DNA of 32,000 nucleotides from NCBI RefSeq assembly GCF_000400465.1, contig NW_008806285.1:180001-212000 (forward strand), given 5' to 3'. The position numbers and the translations under genes were made by a program. Shown one piece after another: positions 10,874-22,420 of this stretch. Numbering within the stretch: position 1 is the first letter of the stretch; each line of letters opens with the position of its first letter. The DNA is from Wallemia ichthyophaga EXF-994. Taxonomy: Eukaryota > Fungi > Basidiomycota. The notes under the pieces were generated by a model. The model made no database searches, was not told the DNA's origin, and saw only the letters and a list, made by a program, of their open reading frames with translations.

Positions 10874-12494
10874 ATGAGCGATAGCTACACGAAAGACGAA
10901 TTGATCTCAATATTCAAGCAATTCAAATCTGATAAATCGAACAGAGTGTGCTTCGATTGTCCAGCTAAGAATCCAACTTGGGCATCTGCGACGTATGGCA
11001 TTTACATTTGCTTGGACTGCAGCTCAATACATAGGAATATGGGCGTACATCTGTCATTCGTTAGATCTACAACGCTTGATAGCTGGAATTCCCTGCAACT
11101 GCGTACGATGAGATGCGGTGGTAATCAATCTGCAGTGGATTTCTTCAATACCCACGCAGGAGGTCACTTGTTGAACGATTCAGACGTAAAAGCAAAATAT
11201 AACTCAGGAATTGCAAGATTATACAAGCAAGAACTCGCAAAGAGGGTTGAGAAAGACCACATTGAGTGAGTTTACTCGTTTCCGGTGTGCAAACACTCAT
11301 TCCTTATCTTTTATAAAGTTTTCCTGGGAAAGTCCTTGTCCCTGGCACTCAATCTGTTGCTAAACCTGAAAGTAGAGTTGAAGACGACTTCTTCAACAAC
11401 TGGGATAAGCCTTCCTCACCTGCCCCAGCTGCGGATCCGGCAAGCAAGCCAGCTGGACCTCCAACTATTGGCAGAACTGTCTCTCAAACTAGCGCGACTT
11501 CGATACCTTCAGACAGCACCGGGACTTCACCCCAAACTCAAGTTTCTCGACCTTCCTCAACTCCTAGAACAATCTCTTCAGCATCTCTTAGACAACCGTC
11601 CAGCTCAGCTCGCCCTGCAAAATCAACTTCAAAGCTCGGCGCATCCAAGTTTGGCGCAAAGAAAGCCTCAACTCCGTTCAACTACGATGAAGCTGAGAAG
11701 AAGGCTCAGTTGGAAAGTGAGAGATTGAAAGCAGCAGAATTGGAGGCTCATAAGCGTGCTGAAGAAGAAATGACCAAGCAAGCAGCTCAAGCTGAAGCAG
11801 ATGCTGCGGCTACTGCTATTTCTGCACAAAATGCTGAAAAGGCTCGTAAAGAGGCTAAGACCGCTAGTCCATCAGTAGAGAAGCTTGAACCACGAATGGC
11901 TAGACTTGGATTTGGTCAGACAACCGGTGCAAAGAGTACTCCTTCAGCCTCGACGTGAGTGCGTCGATTGTCTATCGACTTAGCTCACAAATACAGACCA
12001 AGCTTCAAATCAACTAAGGATGATGCACCAACTACGGCCAGAGACAAGTTTGGTGGTCAAAAAGGTGATTGAACCCTTACCATACCCACTGATTACTAAC
12101 TTATTCACAGCGATTTCATCTGATATGTACTTTGAACGCGGTAATTACGACGCAGACGAAAGTGCCGCTGCACAAGGCAGGCTCAGAGAGTTTAATGGAC
12201 AAACGGCCATCTCATCTGATGCCTATTTTGGAAGAGAACGGAACTCGTTTGACGAAGATGACCAAGCAAATGAAGGAATGCTCGGCAGTGGTGATACCTA
12301 TCAGCAACTTGAAGACACAGCGAGAGACTGGGCTCAAAGAGTTGCTGCAAACCCAGATGTTCAACAACTTGGAGAGGGAATACGTGCTGGTGCACTTAAA
12401 GTGAGTAGATATCGAAGCATTAGTTACATAACAAATACTAATGTAAATTCAGCTTTCAGACTACCTTGCATACTGGTCAACTGAACAACGCTAA
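10874..12494 (+). CDS. GLO3: ADP-ribosylation factor GTPase-activating protein, Glo3/ARFGAP2/3 type
   Basis: N-terminal ArfGAP zinc finger [55 protein letters not shown], and repeated AISSD(M/A)YF motifs typical of Glo3. Stop TAA 12492-12494. Confidence 0.92.
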
Positions 12495-12588
12495 GGGGTA
12501 AATTTTTTGTCTTATTCTTCATTTGTACCGCTTCATACCAACACATTCCAAAAAGATTGATTTTATTTAGGGCTGGATTCAAACGTCT

Positions 12589-13217
12589 ATGAAAGACGGA
12601 AAAGAATCGAAAGAGAGTACAATAAGGAATGGGAGATTTGCAAAGCTACGACCTATTCACGTCGAAAACGTTGGTGCGTTTGGAACTGAGAGTGATAAAA
12701 TAACAGGTTGAATATTGTATCGATAGGTACCGTCGCAAGAGATCACCTGGCATCCGAAAGAACATGGCTAAGCTATGTGCAAACGTCGTTGGCTATTGCG
12801 TCAATAGGAGTCGGTAGGTTTGTTGAATAACGCTTTAAAAATAATTGATCAAAAGAAAAACAGCAATTACACAACTGTTTGCTATTAAGCCAATAGATAA
12901 TGGCATTGCAGACGATTCAGTATCTCTAGGCAGTCAACAAAATCAAACGCGTGACAATTCGACGAAATACAACAATCCGCGTAATTTTTCGAGACCGCTG
13001 GGAACTATACTAATAGTATTTGGTATAATAGTGTTATTACATGGTGAATCTATCTGCTACACACTCTACGCTGCTTACAACGAATAAGGAATGCTAAGAT
13101 TCATTTTAATACAAACGGCTTTATTAGACGGAAAATTTCCAGTCTTATCTAGAATCGCACTCTTTACATTTACTTTATTACTCGCGCTTTTTTTTATTAC
13201 ATGTTTTGTACTTATAA
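12589..13217 (+). CDS. DUF202 (YidH/Vtc1-like) small membrane protein, 4 exons
   Basis: Spliced VENVG|TVARDHLASERTWLSYVQTSLAIASIGV|AITQLF matches the DUF202 consensus RDHLANERTFLAW.RTS. Three hydrophobic segments. Stop TAA 13215-13217. The ORF track misses most of it. Confidence 0.82.
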
Positions 13218-13244
13218 TTATATCCCAGTAGCTAGCTTAAGTCG

Positions 13245-13916
13245 ATGAATCTTATTACACCAAAAACAGCGTTTAGACCAAATGACAAGATATCTTTAGC
13301 TATCTTAACACACGCATACAAGCCTTTAGGTGGTTCGAGTAAAGATTATCCACTTGCAATCATGGCAAGATGGCTCAAAGATGCTGGCTATTTCGTCATC
13401 CTCTATGACAGACAGTCGACTACCTGGACAGGTGATGCAGAGGTCAACGAGCTTGAGCATATTCTCAGAGATACTATCTTTACTCGTCTCTCAATTTTCA
13501 CATTATCGAAAGTAATCATTGGTGTACGTTTGTGATAGCAGTGAGAGCTATCTAATTTAGTGCAGGGATACAGTGCAGGCTCTCTGATTGCATCTAGATT
13601 GGCCAAACCGGACTGGATGGAATGTGAAGTCCAATATCTGCTCATATCACATCCCCTGTCAGTTTCTTGGGCGTTGAACTTATTCAGAGGAGCTCAGGCA
13701 CAGCAGTGCTTGCATAGAAATCTCAAACACTGCAAGATGCTTGCAATTTGGGGCACAAATGATCAATTCACTGGTGTTAATCAATACAGACAGTGGAATG
13801 ACGACTTACGCAGTAAATTCCCAAACACTTGGAGCTCAATAGAGGTTGGAGGTGCGGATCATTTCTGGAAGTCGCTTGATACTGTCTACAATAGATTTGT
13901 TGATTGGATTACATGA
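13245..13916 (+). CDS. Alpha/beta-hydrolase fold protein of unknown substrate, 2 exons
   Basis: Nucleophile elbow IIG|GYSAGS (GxSxG), acid in WGTNDQF, histidine in GADHFW; HAYKPLGGS near the N-terminus. Start codon uncertain. Confidence 0.8.
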
Positions 13917-13949
13917 TTTAAAGATAACGATAAGCAAGAGATAATTGGA

Positions 13950-14454
13950 TTAAGCACCGTGCATTTTGATAGTTGCTTTTGGTACTCCCTGTTGTTGAGA
14001 AATGAGCAATTGATTGCGCTTGAAAGTCCCACTCACCTCCGATATCAGGAATTCTTGGATCTTGAAACGCTGATCACCTTGCAACTGGATAACTTGACCA
14101 AGTTCCTCATCGTCAACTATAGTACCGTTACAAGCGAACTCCTTTTTAAAAGCTTTCAAGATCTTTTTCAGATCGTATTCTGGTTATAAGGTATCTGATT
14201 AAACCAGGATTCAAATGAATATCCAAGACGTACCTTTAGGAATACCTTGAAGGGTTGTAAGTGTCTTACGACCATTTCTTTGTTGAATTCTAATGTGAAT
14301 GTAGTTTTGTTGGTTACCGACGTTGTTGGCTGACTCGCTGCCACCACCAAAGTCTTCGTCTACTGCGAATGGGTCTGTAATAAATATGAGTATTACCTAT
14401 CATGTCATTTAGTGTATTGTTACCATCTTTTGAGAAATTTTGGATTGTTGCCAT
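13950..14454 (-). CDS. SUI1: Translation initiation factor eIF1 (SUI1), 4 exons
   Basis: Spliced MATIQNFSKDDPFA...YIHIRIQQRNGRKTLTTLQG|..EYDLKKILKAFKKEFACNGTIVDDEELGQVIQLQGDQR...IKMHGA*. Confidence 0.96.
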
Positions 14455-14729
14455 CGTCAGAGTCTGTTGTCAGGATTCAAACTTGACGACTAAAGGGAAA
14501 TTGTGCGGTGAAAATGTGTATGAAATATATTCCAAACGATAGCAATGGTGCAGTGTGTGTTTTTCACGCTTTGTATTTCAGTATTGAGTGTCTTCTGTGA
14601 TTGGTTGGAGGTTAGATATACTCAGAGATACGCAAAAGAACCGGTAGCAAGTGAGGGATGTACGATTACCGGAATTATTGATGTGTTTTCCTCAAGTTTA
14701 TTTCTTAAATTCAAACGACCATCTCGTCT

Positions 14730-16137
14730 ATGCACGACTTCACCAAATCTTTGAACAACAGAGAGAAGCTGCTGCTTTGCCAGTATATCAATGAGCACAA
14801 CTTTAATTGGAACCTAATACCACGCTCCCTGTCAAGTCATCCACTCCTTCTATCCAGGTCACCGGGATTTTTCACTTCAGATGTTGGTACAGAGGACGCA
14901 ATAGAAGCCCAGCTGACTGTTCGTAGAGTTGTAAAGTCGCTTATAACGATCTTTTACTGGAATTGGAACTCGAAGCGTAAGTTACGAAAAGACGCAAAGC
15001 ATTTCTCACGAAATAGCAGTGATAACACAAAATACTCAAAGGATTTGCAATGTTGGTGGTTTTTTTTACGGAGAAACAAACAATCTGATCGTTTTACAGC
15101 TCGACCGCAACTGAAGTTAGCGAAAAAGTACTTCAAATTGCATGTTGACGAGATCAAGCAATCCATATGGCAGCAAGAGCGCGACTTTAGAGCTGTGCTG
15201 CAAGATCTGCATAACATGAAGAATAATCAAGCTGAGACATCACAAGAATCCAGTACACGCAAAGAAGCTTCACCTCGACCACCTATTCATAGCGAACGAG
15301 ATAACCAAGAACCAGAAGTTCTACAGGAGAGACTCACATCAAAGGAATCAGCTTCGCGAGAACCAAATCCGAAAGAACAAACACCTGAGGAAGCAGTTGT
15401 TCAGGAACTTGAATCAGAACCACCATTACAGATTAAAGAGTCACAAGACGGTGATGCTGCGATGAACCAATTACCAGAAGAGCATGCGACAAACGATTCC
15501 AATACAAATGATCCCGAAGAAGCAACGCCGAGAGAGCCTGATTCACCTGCTAAAGAAGTTATCGCCGATACACCAAAGAGCTCTGAGGATATGCAGGTGG
15601 ATATGAAGCCAGAGGAAGTCAGAGAGACACGTAGAACATCAAAGAGGAAGAGTGCAGCGGTTGAGAACACCAACAAGAGGTCTCCAGCCACACCGAATGA
15701 AACACCAGAAGATACGGCGAATGCGAATAGCAAGCGTAGAAAGTCTACGCTGGATGACACACAAAGAAAAACACAGAAGGTGCTTCTGCTGTGTCTACAG
15801 GATATTACAACCCACAAAGCAGGTATAGTTTTTGAACAACCAATAAGGGCAAATGAAGCGCCAGGATACCACGATGTTGTTTATTCACCAACAGATCTCA
15901 CAACTATAAAGAGAAAAATACGTGATGGACAGATAACATCAGCACAGCAATTCAAAGCCAACGTGCTTTTGATGTTCGCGAATAGCATAATGTACAATCC
16001 ACCATCGAGTGATGTACATGAGATGGCGCAAGAGGTGAGTGATTAAAGATGGCATGAAGGACTAATTAAATGGTTGAATACAGATGATGAAATCAAGCGA
16101 GAACCTAATAACAGAATTTCTATCAAACTACGAATGA
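14730..16137 (+). CDS. Bromodomain protein, BRD8-like (NuA4/SWR1-associated by inference)
   Basis: N-terminal LNNREKLLLCQ...W..I...LSSHPLL segment, long acidic disordered linker, and C-terminal bromodomain AGIVFEQPI..NEAPGYHDVVYSPTDLTTIKRKIRDG...LLMFANSIMYN. Last intron 16036-16083. Internal introns near 14890-15100 not resolved. Confidence 0.8.
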
Positions 16138-16304
16138 TGAATGTAAAGTAAATGTATGTTGTAAATTAGTGTGTCAGCTGGACTCAGGGAGTGATGTCAC
16201 TCGGTATGTAAACTCTACAAAGAGACGGTAAGTTGGTGTATAAATGAGTTTACATGTAAATTTAAAGTAAAATTCAAATATTGCAGATTGTCCATTTTCG
16301 TTTA

Positions 16305-16334
16305 ACGCGTTGCGGTGCCCGAATCCACGCGCGT
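16305..16334. promoter_or_regulatory. Two MCB-like elements upstream of the IQGAP gene
   Basis: ACGCGT at 16305-16310 and ACGCGCGT at 16327-16334, about 40-70 bp before ATG 16377, in otherwise AT-rich intergenic DNA. Function is inferred from the ascomycete MBF motif. Confidence 0.4.
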
Positions 16335-16376
16335 CCACGGCTCTTGCTTTAAATCATTGCAACGATAAAATATTAA

Positions 16377-19300
16377 ATGGGGGATTTCTCACCCAGCAGG
16401 TATGATACAAAGACATCGAGGTCGTCTCCATTCGCATATCAGCAGAGAATATTAGAAAGGACTTCGTCTTCACAGCGCAAGCCATCAAACTCTTCTTTAC
16501 AGCAGTCGACGCCGCTAGCATCTCCAAAGCCAACGTTCCTAGATGGCATCTCCCATAGAACTCCATCGGGTAGTCTCTCTAGGCACAAATCATCGCACAG
16601 CGTAGGCGATGTAGCCAGCAAATGGGAAGCCAGATCTCAATCGGACAAGTCCACAGTTCCATTTCCAAACTACCCGAGTCGCTCTCCATCTCCAACCAAA
16701 TCCTCTCCAAACAAGTCTTCTCTCCCTTCTTCTGTATTCACTCCTTTCTCTCATGGCAATCATCCTCCGTCACCTACTCCTGAGAAGACGCCTTCTATTC
16801 GCAGGTCAAGGCCTTTATCTCTACAAAGCACTCCTGATCTTGCCAAGAGCTCCGTTGGTGCCCTCAAAGAACTCGGTTCTTCTCAATCTGTTTACCGCAC
16901 CAATTCTCTTTCCAGAGCTAGATCTATTGACTTGGAGGCTGAGAAACAAAAGGCCTCTGAGCAACCTTCCCCCACTAAGTCTGAAAGCGGTCACAGTATA
17001 CTTGGTCGTGGCACTGCTCCAAGCTATAGAGCAAAATCCGGTGCTCACCTTGGCCGTATCACAAGTGGTGATGCTGAGAATGATTGGGACGAGAATGACA
17101 AACCTGGTGGCTGGGACAAGGATCAGAGAAGCTCTCTCAAAGATGATTCTTTTCATTTACCTGGTATTACAGACATGAGTGAGCAGGTGGTCGGTTTACC
17201 AGGCAGAGTACGTCTATCAAGAACTGGATCACTCACCGAGGGCTCAAGGAACGCTGCGGGCCTCAGGCGCACGAATGCCGTTAAGAATTCGAGCCTCTCT
17301 CCTACCAGAGCATCACAAAACTCTTCAGTCATGTCTCGCACGCAGTACATGACTTTAGACAAACAGCGTCACCTTCTCGCAGCTTACGAGTATCTTTGCC
17401 ACATCTCTGAGGCTATTAGATGGATCGAGGATTGCCTTGAAGGATCACTTGAAATGGATGAAGTTCAGGCAGAAGACGGACTCCGAGACGGTATAGTTCT
17501 CTTCAGATTAGCAAGTGTTTGGGGCTTTGGTGAAGGGATGGAGGATGGGCATATTGGCTGGAACGGCATAAGAAAGAACTACACAGGAAACAGACGTCTT
17601 TTCATGGTAAGTTGAGTACGTCTTAGTAATCAATTCTTGCTAACCCTAAAGTAGCATCCAAACATTCGACACTTTAAATACGTCGATAACATTAACTACT
17701 TCTTCGAGTTTATCAGGCGCATCAGTTTACCTGAAGTGAGTGTTGCTTTTTCGTCATTCAAACATTTTAATTCTTCCAGCTGTTCACGTTCGAAACAACT
17801 GATCTCTATGAAAAGAAAAACATCCCGAAAGTAATCTACTGTCTCCATGCATTGAGTTATCTTCTTGCTGGACGAGGTGTTGCTCCACGCATTGGCGCTC
17901 TGAAGGGTCAACTTGAGTTTACTGGTGAGCGCATTGTTTTATAATGGATACAGTTTATTTACGGTCTCATAGACGATCAGCTTCGCCAGACTCAGAAGAA
18001 TCTTGATGCTTCCAACGTCCCAATGCCAAATTTCGGTGGATTGGCTTCAACATTTGGGGATCCTGAACCAATACAAGAACCAGAGCCCGTCGAATCAGAA
18101 GAAGACCGCATAGCTAGAGAGCTCTTTGACGTCGAAGGAACAATCGTTACATTGCAGGCTCAAGCAAGAGGCTACCTCACGAGACTGCAAGTTTCGAGCC
18201 TCAAAATAAAAATGAAGCTGAACAAGAAGATTATCACTGTCGTTCAAGCAAGATGCAGAGGTAAAATTACGAGATCTCGCTTGTCTAGCCTACGTGAGAG
18301 GCGCTCAGGATCTGCTATGAAGTGGGTCGTGCCTCTTCAAGCAATTGCAAGACAGAAGCTTGTTCGTGATGAACAAAAAGATATAAAGAAGTACTTGATG
18401 ATTTGCAAACCCGCTGTTACTGCCCTACAGGCACAAGCTCGTGGTCTACTTTCCCGAAAAAAGTATGTAAACAAGCTGCATATTATATATCGCCAGAATC
18501 GCACTGGTGTTTATCAGGGCTTACAAGCTCAATGTCGCGGTTTGCTTGCAATTAGCTCATTCAGAAAGTGTAAAAGCGCTCTGAACAACCGTGCTGAGCT
18601 TCAGCGGGCTCTTCTTATACAATCTAGCTGTCGTGGGTATTTGGTTAAATCAAAGTATACCGAGTATTTGGATAGTATTACAGAGCAAGTTCCTGTCTAC
18701 ACAGCTGTTCAAGCTGCTTGTCGTTCGAAAGCCAGCAGAAGCAAGTATCAATCAAAGTTGAAAGACGTGATGAAGTCATCACAAAATTTTGTTCATTTAC
18801 AGGCACACTCGCGTGGGATTATTTTTAGAAGAAAGCACAGAAAGCTTAATAACGCTCTCAAAAGCGCATCGACTACCCAATCGGTTGTATCAATACAGTC
18901 ACATGCCAGAGCGTTAATCGCGAGACAGGAAAATGAATCATTCCGAGCACAACTGGAATCGCTATTTGGTGCACATGTTAAAATACAGGCATGTTCTAGA
19001 GGAGCTAATGTTAGAGATCAATGTGAAAGTATATTAGCATACTTGGATGATAACTACAAAAGTATTATATCAGTACAGTCCCTCTCTCGCACGAAGCTCA
19101 TTCATGATAGATACAATTACTTGAACTCGTTACTTGAGCAGTCTTCAATTTCCACATTACAGTTGCAAAGTCAATGCAGGGGTTTCCTTGTCAGAAAGTC
19201 CAATGAACAGCTGAAAGCTGAACTTTCGGACGATTCTAAATTGAGTTCTATCTGTCAAATTCAATCCCTTGGACGTGCGACTCTGGTAAGACGATCTATC

Positions 19301-22189
19301 TGGAACATCTTCCAAGAGCTGGAATCAATGGAGGGTGAAATAGTCAAATGCCAAGCACAGTCTAGGGGCTGCTTGATACGCAAAGATCAGACTATGTGGA
19401 AACGCCATCTTCAAGTATCACAACCTCAAGCTGTCAATCTTCAGTCAGTCTTGCGTGCTTACGTTCAAAGGCAGAAATTCGGTGAGAAGAAGACTCATTA
19501 TCGTGCAAACAAGGAGAAGATAGTGAAGGTTCAGGCCTTATATCGTGGTAAGGAGAAGAGGGAGCAGTTCAAAGAACTCACTATGGGTAATAATGTTCCT
19601 TTGAACACGGTCAAAGAGTTTGTCCACTTACTTGACGACTCTGATTATGACTTTGATGAAGAAATTGAATTGGTAGATGTGCGTAAGAAGGTCCTTGAAT
19701 CAATAAGAGAAACGCAAGCACTGGAATCACACGTAGATGAACTAGACGTCAAAATTGCTTTGGTTGTTAAGAACGCACTCTCGTTTGATGAACTGGTCCG
19801 TGCCGCTAAAGGCCGCACAGTCGCTTCAAGTACTCTCAATCGAAATGGAAGCGTGTTGACAGCAGCTGGTGATCCATTTAGTCCTGGAAAAATGGATAAG
19901 CAAACAATAAGAAGACTTGAGCTATATCAACAGCTGTTTTGGAGGCTGCAAAACCAACCAGAGTATCTCGCACGTCTCTTCTATAATATGAGCAGAACGG
20001 AGGTGTCTGATAAGAACCGTCGTTTGATCGAAAATGTTATCATGACCTTATTTGGTTACACTCAATCAGCTCGCGAGGAGTACTTATTTTTGAAAGTTAT
20101 GCAAAGATCGATGCATGAGGAAATTGCATCAGCTAGGCAATTGTCAGACGTTGTTAGGGGTTCATTCACTTGGGTTAAGATGTTTTTGCTTTATCTACGT
20201 GGTCCTGAAAGAAAAACCTATCTAAAGCAAGCACTTGGACCTAGAATCTCAGAGATCACGTCATTAGAATCATTTGATCTTGAAACAGATCCAGTTATTA
20301 TTTGGAAACAAATAATAAACTATCAAGAGTTAGAGAGTGGTAAACCGAGCGACAAGAAGAAAGACGTGACTTATGAAGAAGCTATATCTGATTCTGACAC
20401 AAGAGTAACCTTCATCCATCACCTTCAGCAGCTTAGACACGCTACAGAGCATTTCCGCGGAGATATTCAGAAGTCAACAAAGAAGATGCCTTATGGATTG
20501 AGATTTATTGCTCGTGAATTGTACTTGGCTCTCCGCATCAAATTCAAGAACGAGAGTGAGGAAGCATGTAATAGAATCATAGGGCAACTTATCTATTACA
20601 GATATATTCAGCCAGCAATTGTCACTCCAGAGACATTCGATGTTGTTCCAAAAGTGCTTGACCCACTACAGAGGAAAAATCTCAATGAGATTGCAAAGAT
20701 GCTTACTCAATTGGCTATGGGTGAAGTATTTAGTGATGAAAATACATACCTTACTCCTCTAAATGACTACATTATGGATGCTTCATCTAAATTCATCCCT
20801 TGGTTTGGTCAAGGTACGTTCTAATCGCTACAAAGACTATTTCTAACATTCATAGTCGCTGATGCTGTTGATGCCGAGACATACTTTAATGCAGGCGAGT
20901 TCTTGGAGTACAACACCACAAGAAAACCTTCAATTCATATATCACCAAGCGAAATCTATGATGTTCACTCCCTTCTCAACCAGAATTTGGATCGCATTGC
21001 CCCCACAAGAGAGGATCCACTACGTGCAATTTTATTGGAACTTGGTGGCCCACCATTACCAGCTCAAGGAGAGCTGTATGAGGCACGCAAGAGAGCAATT
21101 TCATTGACACTCACCAACCGCAATACTCAAGTTGACAATCCAAATGACCCACAAACGCATAAGAAACAACTCTGGCTTCAAACTAAGCGTCTAGTCTTAG
21201 CCGTTTTAAGAATACAACCTGAGCGAACCTTGACCCAATCTTTCATCTCTGAAGTTACTAAAGAGCACGAAGCGCAATGGCAATTGTTCGTACAAAAGGA
21301 AGCTTTAATAGAGAGATCTAGAATAACTGGAGCAGGAGATACAGTGTCACCATTCTTAGGATCGGGTTATAAGATAAACGACATCAGACAAATGAACTAT
21401 ACGGAAGTCAAAGCTAGAGCTATAGAATACTGTTTACAATTAGAGAAGATTGGCGAAATTTCGAGGAAAGACAACTACCAGAGTGTGCTAAATGCAATTG
21501 CAGTTGATGTCAGAAGTCGTAATAGAAAGAGAATTCAAAGGCAAAAGGAGTTGAGCAGCATGGAGAACACATTGAAGATACTGGAAGAAAAGAAAGAGTA
21601 TCTTCTAACACAGCAAGATGCTTTCAACTCATATATAGAGACCTCCATGCAGTAAGTTGATATCTCACGTGATGTAACTGGACTGACTGTATGTAGAACT
21701 ATGCAAAAGAAGGGCAAAAAACGGTTTGTCTTACCATTCACTAAACAGTGGTCTCATTTGAGAGACTTGAAACACACCGGTAAAAAATTTAAATTCGGTT
21801 CATATAAGTATGCTGCACAAGAGTAAGTTTTTTATTGTCTTTGTTATATCACTGACACACATTAGGCTTTACAATCGCGGACTTTTATTATCAATCAGTC
21901 AAGTATCTCCAAGACAATACGACGGCATTTTCCTTACTTTCAGCTCGGATGAAATAGGTGTATTTAAGATAGACCTGAATATCGCTGGAGAGCAGAATGC
22001 TATGGCTAGTGAAGACGTAAGACTGGAAGATATGCTGCAGATGCAGTTTGAGAATAAGAGTTCAATTGCAATTTGCCAAGGAAACGTCAAGTGTAACTTG
22101 AATGTTCTATTATTCCAGTTGTATAAGAAGTGAGAAGAGTTTTATTTCTACGATGCTAAATACTAACGAAGCAAAGGTTTTATCAATAG
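16377..22189 (+). CDS. IQG1: IQGAP-family cytokinesis scaffold (CH domain, IQ repeats, RasGAP-related domain, RasGAP_C)
   Basis: CH domain (AYEYLCHISEAIRWIEDCL..LRDGIVL..; YEKKNIPKVIYCLHALS), 16 IQ-like motifs, GRD (YQQLFWRLQNQPEYLARL; MPYGLRFIA; YYRYIQPAIVTPE), C-terminus LYKK|FYQ*. Confidence 0.95.
18152..19552 (+). repeat. Array of 16 IQ-like motifs at ~30-aa spacing inside IQGAP
   Basis: LQAQARGYLTR, VQARCRGKITR, LQAIARQKLVR ... VQALYRGKEKR. The Gln codons I checked fall 90-96 nt apart (18155, 18245, 18338, 18428, 18524, 18620, 18710, 18800 ... 19532). Confidence 0.85.
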
Positions 22190-22420
22190 AACGCATATAC
22201 AATTGTCAATATATTTCTTTTAATCTTGTACTGTTGTAATTCCATCTAAATTTGCATTCAATGTTATGCATCCAACCAATTAAATAGTCAGTATATCTCA
22301 AAACACACGCTCTGCACCATAAAATCAGGATTAGACCTATTTAGGACACTGCATAACAATCATCATGTATATACACCGCTGAAATTTCATTTCGTAAGCC
22401 ATATATTCTAAGAAGTAAAT

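Noticed and set aside
11285-11728. 147-aa Leu/Gln-rich ORF inside GLO3
   Set aside because: Alternative frame of the S/P/T-rich linker. The spliced GLO3 frame (DDFFNNWD...KFGAKK) explains the sequence.
15401-17178. Antisense and alternative-frame ORFs over the bromodomain linker and IQGAP N-terminus (15401-15817, 16753-17178, 16821-17156)
   Set aside because: By-products of low-complexity coding sequence; no independent gene signals.
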